Of a stretch of DNA of 64,000 bases, positions 19,949 to 30,100 are shown one piece after another. Position 1 is the first letter of the stretch. Every line of letters starts with the position of its first letter. The translations under genes were made by a program, and so were the position numbers. Origin of the DNA: a virus. The stretch spans positions 1 through 64,000 of IMG/VR virus record IMGVR_UViG_3300022926_000007; one strand, 5' to 3'. Below the pieces are notes generated by a model that searched no databases, was not told the origin of the DNA, and was given only the letters and a program-made list of their open reading frames with translations.

Positions 19949-20808
19949 AAAGAGTAATTTATAGTTTTTACATTGACATTCCTAAAGATGAATTAGATAT
20001 ATTTGACAAAAATATACTTAAAAAAAATCATACACCAATAAATTATGTGACTAAAGATGCATTTAAACAAAACTATTCTAAGTTAGTGGCCTGCAAACAA
20101 TGGTATGCTGATCAAATAAATGTACCTTTTAAGATGTTTGAATATGATACTAATTTTATATTATATAAAGATAACCTACAATCAAAATATCCATTTCTAA
20201 CAACCTACAATGTGGTTAATTTTTATAAACTACATTTACTGTATGAGCTATCTAAACAATATGATGAAATACTTTATTTAGATTTTGATGTTGTGCCTAT
20301 GAAGTCAGACAACTTTTTTGAAACTTGGGACTTATCAAAAGGTATAGCGATCCATCACAATACACATAAAGTAATTAAGATGGAAGCGGTAACCGAATAT
20401 TCACAAACTATTCGTAGTCCAACATCAAAATACTATAATACTCAAGCTATGTTATTAGATAGAGGTTTGAATCCTGTACATAAGGTTGTAAACACAGGTA
20501 TTGTTGGTGCAAGTAAAAAACATTTACAACAACTTAAATACTTTGATAATTTTGATTCGGATATGAAAGAAATGAGTAAACTAACAACAGGCCATGATAT
20601 GTTTCCAAAAAAAATAACAAACTTTTTTGGTTGGGATAATGAAACACTTTTTGCAGTTAAACTTGCAGAAAACAAAGTAGATGTACAATGGTTAGATGAC
20701 AACTGGCACTATTTTTTTTCAACACAAGGTTTTATACCAAAAGATATAGTATTATGTCATACTATTAATAAACAATTTGATGTTGTTTGGAGAGCATATA
20801 ATGCTTAA
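19945..20808 (+). CDS. GT-A fold glycosyltransferase
   Basis: YDEILYLDFD (DxD), NTGIV, WHY...H. Confidence 0.7.
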   Translation: MKRVIYSFYIDIPKDELDIFDKNILKKNHTPINYVTKDAFKQNYSKLVACKQWYADQINVPFKMFEYDTNFILYKDNLQSKYPFLTTYNVVNFYKLHLLYELSKQYDEILYLDFDVVPMKSDNFFETWDLSKGIAIHHNTHKVIKMEAVTEYSQTIRSPTSKYYNTQAMLLDRGLNPVHKVVNTGIVGASKKHLQQLKYFDNFDSDMKEMSKLTTGHDMFPKKITNFFGWDNETLFAVKLAENKVDVQWLDDNWHYFFSTQGFIPKDIVLCHTINKQFDVVWRAYNA

Positions 20809-21541
20809 AATTTGTACAGTTTATTTCAAAGGTACATATACTCCAGACTATGTGTCAAAACTTTATAGATCATTAAAAAGAAACAGTACAATACCTTTTC
20901 AATTTATATGTTTAAGTGATACAGATGTTGAAGCTGATATTGTGTTACCGTATAATCACCATAGTCATGTAAAAAAACATTGGCATAAGTTAAAGTTTTT
21001 TAGTCCACAGTTTGCTTATCAACAACCAGGTGATGATATTATCATAATGGACATAGATCAAGTTATTACAAATAACGTAGATGACTTATTAAACTATCCT
21101 GTAAATGAGAATGAACTTGTAAGTTATGGACAATGGTGGGATATTAAATTAAAATTAAATGGTGGATTTTACAAATTTAAATCTGGTAGTTTAAAAACTG
21201 TATGGGATGATTTTGCACTAAATCCTGAATACTGGCAGTTACACTATTATAATAAGGGTGATGTTCACACAAAGTATTATGGAGAACAAAATTATGTTAA
21301 TTGGAAAGTACAAGAACACAATATAAAACTAACTTTAACACCACAACAATGGTTATGTAAATATACAGATGATTTTAAACAAAATTTAAAATTAAATAAA
21401 ATTTATAGCAAAAAGTTTAATACAGATTATATGATATTAGATAATGTTAATAAATATATAAAGATTATTCACTTTACAGGTATTAATAAAACAATACATA
21501 ACAGTAATCATAAATTTTTAAAGGAATATTGGAATGAGTAG
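20801..21541 (+). CDS. GT8-like glycosyltransferase
   Basis: WHKLKFF, MDID, NGG, GEQ, IIHFTG; start MLKIC. Confidence 0.7.
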   Translation: MLKICTVYFKGTYTPDYVSKLYRSLKRNSTIPFQFICLSDTDVEADIVLPYNHHSHVKKHWHKLKFFSPQFAYQQPGDDIIIMDIDQVITNNVDDLLNYPVNENELVSYGQWWDIKLKLNGGFYKFKSGSLKTVWDDFALNPEYWQLHYYNKGDVHTKYYGEQNYVNWKVQEHNIKLTLTPQQWLCKYTDDFKQNLKLNKIYSKKFNTDYMILDNVNKYIKIIHFTGINKTIHNSNHKFLKEYWNE

Positions 21542-22412
21542 TAAAGACTGGACAAGAAAAGAGTGGGAAGAGTGGTATAAAAAAACCATGTATTCATTTG
21601 ATATTGAAAGACAAAGTGTATTAAATGCTCAAAAGTGTCAAAGAAATTGGGATAGAACAAGAAAAATATTACCAGAAGTAAGAGATCACTTTTTATGGTT
21701 AGCACAAAACGCTCCATCAAAACAATATGAAGCGTATTATGATGTATACTGGACTGATAATAAAGAAGTAATAGATGAATGTTCTAACTATACATGGGGA
21801 AATACACATAGTAGAACACCACCATCTAATTGGAAAAATTCTCAACAAAGAGCTTCACTCTATATTTTATTTGTAGGAAAAGAACCAGAAACTCGATTAA
21901 ATTGTAATGCAGATGGAACTTTAAAAGAAAATTCACACCATGAAAGATGGCTTAATGCTTACGTAAGTATAGGTATTGCAATGGGTTTAATTTTACAGTC
22001 TGCAAACAAATTAGGACTATCTACAGGATGTAATAAAAGTCATAATGACATAAACGGTGATGATTATTGGCCTAAAAGATTAGGTATATTAGAAGATGTA
22101 GATAAAGGTAAAAAATTAATATCTTATGGCATTGGTATAGGGTTTCCTATAAAAGGTAAACCAAGATATTGGTCAGATCAAACTGAATTAATGATAGGTG
22201 CGGCTAACGGAAGTAAAATTACTACAACTAATATGGAAAAACATCCTAGAACTGGTCACTCTATGAGAAAAGTAAAAATAGTTGATATTACAAAACACGC
22301 AGGAGAAACTATAGAGGATCCATATGGCAATTTTCATAAAATTCCAGATGAGTCTTTAACAAAAATAAATACACCAAGGATAAGAAAAATTAATCTTATT
22401 GAAATAAAATGA
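21534..22412 (+). CDS. nitroreductase-family protein
   Basis: CQRNWD, APSKQ, SIGIAMG...A..LGLSTGC, GIGFP. Confidence 0.7.
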   Translation: MSSKDWTRKEWEEWYKKTMYSFDIERQSVLNAQKCQRNWDRTRKILPEVRDHFLWLAQNAPSKQYEAYYDVYWTDNKEVIDECSNYTWGNTHSRTPPSNWKNSQQRASLYILFVGKEPETRLNCNADGTLKENSHHERWLNAYVSIGIAMGLILQSANKLGLSTGCNKSHNDINGDDYWPKRLGILEDVDKGKKLISYGIGIGFPIKGKPRYWSDQTELMIGAANGSKITTTNMEKHPRTGHSMRKVKIVDITKHAGETIEDPYGNFHKIPDESLTKINTPRIRKINLIEIK

Positions 22413-22993
22413 GAATAATTTGTTGTAGATTTGGTAATAAATTTACTCAATGGCATGTTGATAACTTAAAACACATGATAGACGAATACTCTGGTCTAAA
22501 ATATGATAGTTTTGAAGTTATTGAAGATGATCTATACGGCAATTGGTTTAACAAGTTTCAAATGTATGATAGATTTAGAGATAGTGAAAATTTATATTTT
22601 GATTTAGATGTAGTTATCTATGACAGACTTCCTAATCTTATAAGAAAAAACTTTACACTATTAGATGACACATGGTGGAGAGAACCAGCTCATACACCTT
22701 TAAATTCATCAATAGTATCTTGGACAGGTGATGTATCTTATATATGGAATAAGTTTAAAGAAAATGATAAAGAATATATTAAAACATACACTAAAGGCAG
22801 TGATGAATGGTACTACAAAAATATAAAATATGAAACTTACGATAGAATATGTCCATCAATAAAAGATTATATTTATCAAAAACCACCACAGTTCAGTATA
22901 TGTACACTTGGACAAATGCACCACTTACAAGAAGAAGGATGGACAGGTTGGTATTCTAATTATTTTTTATCTAAACACTCAAACGCAGCTTGA
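22409..22993 (+). CDS. glycosyltransferase-like protein
   Basis: WFNK, LYFDLD, NSSIVSW; paralog-like to 20801..21541. Confidence 0.65.
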   Translation: MRIICCRFGNKFTQWHVDNLKHMIDEYSGLKYDSFEVIEDDLYGNWFNKFQMYDRFRDSENLYFDLDVVIYDRLPNLIRKNFTLLDDTWWREPAHTPLNSSIVSWTGDVSYIWNKFKENDKEYIKTYTKGSDEWYYKNIKYETYDRICPSIKDYIYQKPPQFSICTLGQMHHLQEEGWTGWYSNYFLSKHSNAA

Positions 22994-23454
22994 AGAACAT
23001 TTATTTTGTTACTAGCTTGTCTTAGTTTCTTTTTTGCGTTTTCATTTTTAGAATCTCTTATTTCTTCCAACTCAAACAACGCAAGTTTTAAAGCAAACAA
23101 ATGATCTTCATTTTCAATATTTTTGAAAATAGCATTTACCAATGAAGGATAAAATTTTGTATTTAAATCTGCATTACCTAATATTAGTCCTTGTTTTTTA
23201 GCAATATTGACTATCGAGTCTTCAAACAACTTTTGCTCTGTTTTATTTTTTTGATAAGTTGACTCATGTAATTGATCAATATTCATATACTTTATAAGTG
23301 CTTGATATTGAGGATTATTTTCTTCGTATGGTATGATGGTTGTAAATACTGATTTTTTATCTTCAACTGTTGTTTGCACTTCTATATTTTTTCTTTCGTT
23401 ATCTATAAAATATGCAGTTAAGAAATTGTCTTTTAAAAATTCTTCAGTTAACAT
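22960..23454 (-). CDS. hypothetical protein (fibre/adhesin-associated)
   Basis: ORF with an AAGGAG RBS, downstream of the fibre-tip genes. Confidence 0.6.
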   Translation of the reverse strand: MLTEEFLKDNFLTAYFIDNERKNIEVQTTVEDKKSVFTTIIPYEENNPQYQALIKYMNIDQLHESTYQKNKTEQKLFEDSIVNIAKKQGLILGNADLNTKFYPSLVNAIFKNIENEDHLFALKLALFELEEIRDSKNENAKKKLRQASNKINVLQAAFECLDKK

Positions 23455-23479
23455 TTTTGTTCTCCTTTATATATTCATA

Positions 23480-24421
23480 CTAAGATTTATTTATACGTAA
23501 ATAATAAGTATTCGCTGTTACTGCTGTTCCATCTGGAAATTCTTGTGCTCTATAGTCGTCTGTGTTTACATACAATTGTTGATAGTTACCAGAACCATTT
23601 AAAATAGTATCACCCATTCCAGAACCTCTTGTATTACCAGAACCAGATGTTCCTAAATTATAACTAATTGAATAGCCATCAGCAGATGAAGCTGCTGTAT
23701 ATCTTATCCATTCTTGTACTAATGAATTAAATGTAGCAGATGTAAACTGTTGAATGTTATTTGATGCGTTAACATAATATGGCAACGTAAAAGTAGGTGC
23801 TGAACCATTTACTCTATGTAAATAATAATTTGTAATTGTTGTTGGTTGATCCAGTGTTTCTGGAATACCACCAGCAGTATATAAACTTGTATCAGCTCTT
23901 GTATCTGTAAATATCGCTGTTGCTGAACCACTTACTTCAGTTGCACCAGCAACAGATGAAGAACTTGAAATAAAATAAGTTCCTGCTTGTTGTGTAGTTG
24001 TAGTTGCGGCTGTTAGTAAATCTATTGCTGGATGTAAAAAAGTATCTTTTACATCTTGTAAATTCATTGCTTGTATTTGACCACTTGCATTGTAGTATGA
24101 TGGCCAAGTTTTACCTGTATCAGTTGTAGGTGTTACTGCTGCTGTAGTTTGATTAATTTTTGAATAACTTACTGTTACTGTACTAGGTTCTGCTGTTGTA
24201 GCTTCACTTGGGAATGCTGTTGTACTTGTTGAATAAGAACCAGCTTGTTTTCTTGTATCCGTAATTGTTCCTAGATTACCACCTGAACTAACTACTGATA
24301 ATGCAACACTAGGATTCAATGAATATTGATAAATTACTTGATCTACTATCGAGTCAACCATTGAGGTTGACATCTCTCTTAAATTTCCACTTACTTCATA
24401 TAAAGGTTTTCTAACTGCCAT
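23480..24421 (-). CDS. virion structural protein, possible fibre-tip adhesin
   Basis: S/T/Y-rich, 313 aa; late promoter at 24452-24459. Confidence 0.6.
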   Translation of the reverse strand: MAVRKPLYEVSGNLREMSTSMVDSIVDQVIYQYSLNPSVALSVVSSGGNLGTITDTRKQAGSYSTSTTAFPSEATTAEPSTVTVSYSKINQTTAAVTPTTDTGKTWPSYYNASGQIQAMNLQDVKDTFLHPAIDLLTAATTTTQQAGTYFISSSSSVAGATEVSGSATAIFTDTRADTSLYTAGGIPETLDQPTTITNYYLHRVNGSAPTFTLPYYVNASNNIQQFTSATFNSLVQEWIRYTAASSADGYSISYNLGTSGSGNTRGSGMGDTILNGSGNYQQLYVNTDDYRAQEFPDGTAVTANTYYLRINKS

Positions 24422-24451
24422 AATATCTCCATTATTTAATATTAATAAATC

Positions 24452-24459
24452 TATTTATA
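24452..24459 (-). promoter_or_regulatory. T4-type late promoter
   Basis: TATAAATA on the minus strand. Confidence 0.65.
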
Positions 24460-24464
24460 ATATT

Positions 24465-25316
24465 TTATGCTCCTGCTCCATATATTGTTTTTACAACTGT
24501 ACCTGATGAGTTTAAAATCTGTAGTGTAACAACGTTTTTAAGTTGATCTTGTCCTATTGCGTCATCAGCCATTTTAGCTTCTGATATTTGATTGTCAGCA
24601 ATATCGTCTGTTGATATTGTACCATTTGCAATCATTGTACTTGTAACAACACCCGAACTTCCTGTGGTTATAATTGTACCAGTTTCATTTGGCAAAGTTA
24701 TTGTTCTATCTGCTGTTGGATCTTGTGCTATTAAATTTATCTCATAAGTATCTGAAGTAGCACCTTCAAAATATAAACCTTCTTTAGTATAAATGTATCC
24801 TAACGTTTCTATATGTTTTGAACCAAAATATACAGATGCTCCTGAACTACTTATATTGTCAGCGGTTAATGTTCCAGTTACAGTTAAATTATCATCAACA
24901 GTAATTAAAGATGTGTCTGAAGAACTAATTGTATTGCCAGCAACTTGAATAGTTCCTAATGAATGTGTACCAGTTCCTTGTGCTGTAAATTCACCTGTAA
25001 CAGTTACATCATTTGGCAATCCAATTGTTAAAATATCAGGACCACTAACCACAGCAGTAATTTGATTTGTTGTTCCATTAACAGTTAATGTTTCACCACC
25101 TCCAATAATTTGAGATGTTGAAGAACTGTCAGTAATTGTCCAACCTGCAGTAGATGTAGCAATACTAATGGTTTCATTCATAGCATCAACTAAATTAGTT
25201 GAACTAATAGCACCAGATAGATTTGCAATATCACCAAAATCATTAGCCGCTAAATCATTAAATTGCGTTCTAAACGTTTCTAGTGTATCGGTTACTGTTA
25301 TATTTTTTACAGCCAT
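24465..25316 (-). CDS. fibre/whisker-like structural protein
   Basis: TDTLETFRTQFN N-terminus; FEGAT..E...DPTADRTITLP fibre motif. Confidence 0.7.
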   Translation of the reverse strand: MAVKNITVTDTLETFRTQFNDLAANDFGDIANLSGAISSTNLVDAMNETISIATSTAGWTITDSSSTSQIIGGGETLTVNGTTNQITAVVSGPDILTIGLPNDVTVTGEFTAQGTGTHSLGTIQVAGNTISSSDTSLITVDDNLTVTGTLTADNISSSGASVYFGSKHIETLGYIYTKEGLYFEGATSDTYEINLIAQDPTADRTITLPNETGTIITTGSSGVVTSTMIANGTISTDDIADNQISEAKMADDAIGQDQLKNVVTLQILNSSGTVVKTIYGAGA

Positions 25317-25352
25317 TATTGTTTAACTACCTCTTTACCAGTTTCTATTATC

Positions 25353-25577
25353 TTAATGTTTTTCATCAACCACCTTTAATAATAATTGTTTAATTTCTGT
25401 TAATTCATTTTTTAATGTATTAATATCTCTAATCATTTCTCTCAATTTGTCACTTTCTTTATTTTTTTGAGTGACTCTTTGCATATATGCGAAATACCCT
25501 TTTCGATCAGAATTAACAATAGCTTGTGTTCTTGTATCTTTTATAAAACTTCTATCTTGTTCTATTACTTTTCTCAT
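25353..25577 (-). CDS. small conserved coiled-coil protein
   Basis: Coupled to the upstream gene by TAATG; D..TQAIVN.D...LKNELTEIKQLL. Confidence 0.6.
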   Translation of the reverse strand: MRKVIEQDRSFIKDTRTQAIVNSDRKGYFAYMQRVTQKNKESDKLREMIRDINTLKNELTEIKQLLLKVVDEKH

Positions 25578-27163
25578 TACGTTGCCAATGCGATTGCTCT
25601 TAAATCTGTTACTCTTGGTGGATAAGCAGGATTAGTTCCTGTCATTACCATTTTAATTGCAAATGATGTAAACTCTCCAAGACCATCTACAGTAAATTTT
25701 TGTTCATTGTAACTTGTATTATATTCTGGACTATAAGGCGTTTGTGAACGACTTTCAGAATAATTAATTGTATCGTCTGCTAAACCTGTTGAATTAAAGT
25801 AAACATAAGGAATTTCATCAAAAGGTCTACTATCATCAACATGTCTAATTTTAAATAACATTTTAATATTAGATGTAGGATAATTGTTTGCACTTATTCT
25901 AACATCTAATGCTGTTGCTGGGTTATCTAATAAAATTTCTTTTGTAATATATTTTGCAGCTGCACTTCCGCCAGTTGCTGATGTTTCATCTACAAAATCT
26001 GTTGTGTTTGAATTATTAGGATCATCTAAACGATTTGTAATTAAAATCATATTTGCTCTAGCTAAATCAATAACAGGAGAAATATTTTCGTGTTGTGTTG
26101 ACATTTCAAATTTATATGTTAGTGATTTATTTCCAGCAAAATGAGTTGTTTCATTTATAGGTGAAGCAACTTGTTGTTGTTCAGTTATATAAAAATTATC
26201 ATTTGGAACAACTTCATTTTCGGTTTGAGCTACATAAGATGTTTCACTGCCGTGTATAGATTGTTTTGAAATTGTTGTAAGTCTATGTGTTACTGAAGTA
26301 TCTCCAGGATGCATAAACCCTATTTGAGGTTGTACAACTTCAAATGCGATATTTCTTGTAGCAGTAACAGATGAGCCACCAACACTTCCTGTTGAAGTTG
26401 CTGAGTCACCAGATATTGTAATTGTATAACTATCTAAAGTTACATTTCCAATATCATGCGTACCATTGATAGCACTTCCTAAAATACCGTTATAGTCTGT
26501 ACCATCAGTTAAACCAGCAATTGTAACTTTATCTGGTTTATCGTCATTCATACCGTGATTTGGGTGATTAATTTTTACAATAGAAGGATTTGAACCAAAT
26601 GTTGATCCAGATCCTGCTGTTTTATTAGTTTCAATAGGATTATTTTCTAAAGTTTCAGCAGTTAAAGCTGAGTTATTAAATGTTACAGTACCAGTTGTGT
26701 TTGTTGTAAAGTTTGCTTTTTTTATTGAGAATTTAATGTCTTGTAGAGGTGACTCGTTTTGTCCACCTACGTTTTGTGATTTAAATAAAGAGCCAACTGC
26801 AGGTTGTTCCGAAACTCGTCTTGAGCCTCCAATAACTGTTTGTCCTAATTCAGAAACATATAAAACATATTTTGTACTATTTGCTGTTATACCAATAGCA
26901 TAACTTATACCACCCTTTAAAAATACTGGTGAATCAAAAGTAAATGTTGTAGCTGTTGTACCATCAGTTGATGTGTTTACATCAGCGGCCGCTTTTGTGA
27001 CTACACTAAATGGTAATATTTTTGAACCAGGTCTATCTCTATAAGTTTCTAATAGAGCAACATTAATAGGCTGAATCGTATCTTTTTCACTAAAATATAA
27101 GTCTAGTGATGTTACAAAACACCCTTCTTCTACCTGATTTACAAATGTTTGAGCTATTGCCAT
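25577..27163 (-). CDS. C-terminal part of the VrlC/DUF4815-like virion protein, encoded as a separate gene
   Basis: Starts AQTF...GCFVTSLDLYF; GSLFKSQN; ends PPRVTDLRAIALA. Confidence 0.75.
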   Translation of the reverse strand: MAIAQTFVNQVEEGCFVTSLDLYFSEKDTIQPINVALLETYRDRPGSKILPFSVVTKAAADVNTSTDGTTATTFTFDSPVFLKGGISYAIGITANSTKYVLYVSELGQTVIGGSRRVSEQPAVGSLFKSQNVGGQNESPLQDIKFSIKKANFTTNTTGTVTFNNSALTAETLENNPIETNKTAGSGSTFGSNPSIVKINHPNHGMNDDKPDKVTIAGLTDGTDYNGILGSAINGTHDIGNVTLDSYTITISGDSATSTGSVGGSSVTATRNIAFEVVQPQIGFMHPGDTSVTHRLTTISKQSIHGSETSYVAQTENEVVPNDNFYITEQQQVASPINETTHFAGNKSLTYKFEMSTQHENISPVIDLARANMILITNRLDDPNNSNTTDFVDETSATGGSAAAKYITKEILLDNPATALDVRISANNYPTSNIKMLFKIRHVDDSRPFDEIPYVYFNSTGLADDTINYSESRSQTPYSPEYNTSYNEQKFTVDGLGEFTSFAIKMVMTGTNPAYPPRVTDLRAIALAT

Positions 27164-30100
27164 TATATTGTTCCTCTAGTTTTATTTATTCTATTTTTTT
27201 TTATTTTTCCAATCACACGACAAATTGGTTTACCTATATTGTGTAATAGACTTCCAATAATTGTTTTCTCACCCGCAAGATATTTTGCCCAATGTGGAAC
27301 TAAATGTTTTGTAAAGAAGAACGCAATTTTACCAATTTTTGTATTTGATTTCATTTCTTCAATTAATGGATAAGCCCAAGCGTGATAACCTATCATCAAT
27401 TCTGGATCATTTAACATAGCCCATTTACCATATTCTTCGTCAAGTTCCCATAATCGTTTATCTAATAATCCAAGTTCATAGATATAATCACAAAGAACCT
27501 TACCACCAGAAGAGCCTTTATTGTGTACTACATATCCGTCAGCGATGTATGAATTATCATTTGAAACATTAAAGTTATATAAAGGCAATTGAGGATTGTT
27601 GATTACTTTTGAATTAATACTAGTAATTTCAACTAAACCATTGTTTGTTACAAGTTTATCACCAACTTTTAATTCACCTTTTAATTGTTCATAAAGTTCT
27701 ACACCATCACGTTCTTTTGTTTTTTCTGGTTTAATAGATTTCCAACCTTCTTCTGTCATAAATGGGTGTTCAGAAGTAAAGAAGTAATGTTCATTATCAT
27801 TAAATGAGTATAATTTTCTTTCAGCCAATAAAGTAGGATCTAATTTAATAACTGTGTTTTCTTCTTTGTATCCTTTTACTTTATCGCCAACTACAACATC
27901 TTCAATATTTTTAAATGTGCCATCAGCCATTGAAACTTTAGTACCTGCTATGAAACAACTACCACCAATACCAGCTTTATTATCTTTTATAGCTTGAGCA
28001 GTTTTTGCTCTTTCTGCATTTCTTTCTTTTAAATCTGAATAAGTTCTAACATTTGGATCATTATCATCTGGATCTATCCTATCTGGAAGACCATCTTTAT
28101 CTCTATCTTCCCATCCACCACTATCATTATTATCTGTTCCTCTATTTGAACCAGAAGATGAACCACCTGAAGAATAAGTTGTTGATGAAGTAATTTCTCT
28201 TACAGAATTTTCTTCTAATAGTTTTGTTTCTATAACATCTGGAACACGAGTTGCATAAACTGTTTCTTGTTCTGTTACTAACAATCCTTGTGCTCTATAT
28301 TTTGTAGAAGCAAATGATTCATTATTTCTACCTGTTCTAAAGTTTGACTGTGAGTCTGTAATTTTAAATACTCTTTCTCCACATCTCCATTTTGGATTAC
28401 CACTTACAGATGGATTTGGAATAGCAAATGTTCCTGAAAGTGAACCATTAGCATCAGATGTTAATTGTCCACCTAAAGAACCTCCAGTAGGTGTTACATA
28501 TGAATCAACATCTACATCTTCAAAATAAGCATAATGTTTAGATAAAGGTTTTAACCCCGTTACTGTAAATGAAATTGTTTTAGACCTGATATAGGGTACA
28601 TAAGATAAATCAACAAGTCTTTCTCCAAATGATTGTTGAACTACTTGTGATGATAATTCTCTCTTTAATCCTGAACGTGTAGCACTACCTGTTCTTCCTT
28701 CTTTAACAGTTGTTTGATTACCACTATGTGTTTTTTCTATAAATGTTCCTGTCCAGTTATTTTGCCATTCATTCCATACTGTTCCTGTTCGGTGAGATGG
28801 ATTTGGAATATCTTTGATACTATTATAAAGTAAATCATTATTTACAACTAAATCTGGAGATGTTTTTGTATCTTTCCATTCATCAAATTCAGGTGTGATT
28901 TTCATATTTCCAACATATGTAAAAACATTAAATGGATTTACATTTACTGTTGTTGTAGCACTTAAATTAGAAACCAATTCTACTTCCGTGTAAGGTAAGG
29001 TAATTAAGTCACCTGTTTTTTGATAACCAGCAGCTGTTCTAGCTGTATCATTTGTTGCTGTTTCTATCAAAGAAACTTGATCTGTAAAACATCTTGGTCT
29101 TACAACACCATTTTCTAAATCCATAGAACATTGATAATCTGAATTTGTAGTATCTCCTACATTATGACCTTTAAAAGTATCTACTAAAAATCCATTTTTA
29201 AATCTGTTAAAACCATTAGCGTCTTGTATTTCTAAATTTAATGTTTCTTGTTCTAATAAAGATAAACTTGTATAATACTCTAAATTTTTAATTCTACTTT
29301 CTAACTTACCAATATCTCTCATTGTATATCTTCTATTATCTACAGGAATGACTGTAACATCACTTGTACTAAAAGTATATGCAGGTAATCTCAAATAACA
29401 TAGAATAATAGAGTTATCAATTGTATCAGGTCTTTGAGGATCAACAGCCGAAGCACCTCTTGCTTGTTTAAACTGGCCACTTGTTGTCATATAGATTGCA
29501 TCTATACGAGAGAGATAAAATTCAAAATCTGCTCTAAAATTTGATCCTGGTTTTGGAATATCTACTGAAACAGCATTCGTACCAGTAAAGTTTTTAGCAC
29601 CTGTTGCATCTTTATCATTGTATCCTATAACATTACTATCATCTGCAACTCTTGGTCTAAAATCAACACACTCTCTTAACTCTAATGTTTCTCCTTTATT
29701 TTCAGATTTAAATGTAGGAATATTTGTATAATCAATCGCATAACTATCTACACTAAAATAATCTCCAGCGCCGTGTGTAAAGTAATCAAAATTAATTAAT
29801 AATTGTCCAGTAGGTACTTGAGAACCTGACTTTAATTTAAGTCTACCTAAATCATAAAAATTATCTCTTTGACCATTGTCCAAATCAAATCTATCAGTTA
29901 TGTTTGTATGTGAAGTAGTAGCAGCAGTTGCAAAATCTGGAGACATATAAACAGAATTTAATTGATAAATGTCTGCCTTACCTAAAGATATTATTGAATT
30001 TGTTGCTGTTGCTTCTGTTGTAATACTTGTTGTAGCGCCTGAAACTAAAGTTTTTAATTTTTCTACTGCAACATTTCTAACTATTGTTGCTGTAAATTTA

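Noticed and set aside
4653-22993. Island as a mobile element or a classical RiPP cluster
   Set aside because: No integrase, transposase or terminal repeats were seen, phage late promoters are embedded in it, and there is no recognisable leader/core precursor peptide
25317-25352. Spacer reading IIETGKEVVKQ-stop, coupled to the next ATG, as a possible scar of a replaced gene end
   Set aside because: Too short to distinguish from chance without comparative genomes
27520-27957. Canonical mobile intein
   Set aside because: There is no homing endonuclease and the +1 residue is Lys, so it is treated as a cleaving Hint domain
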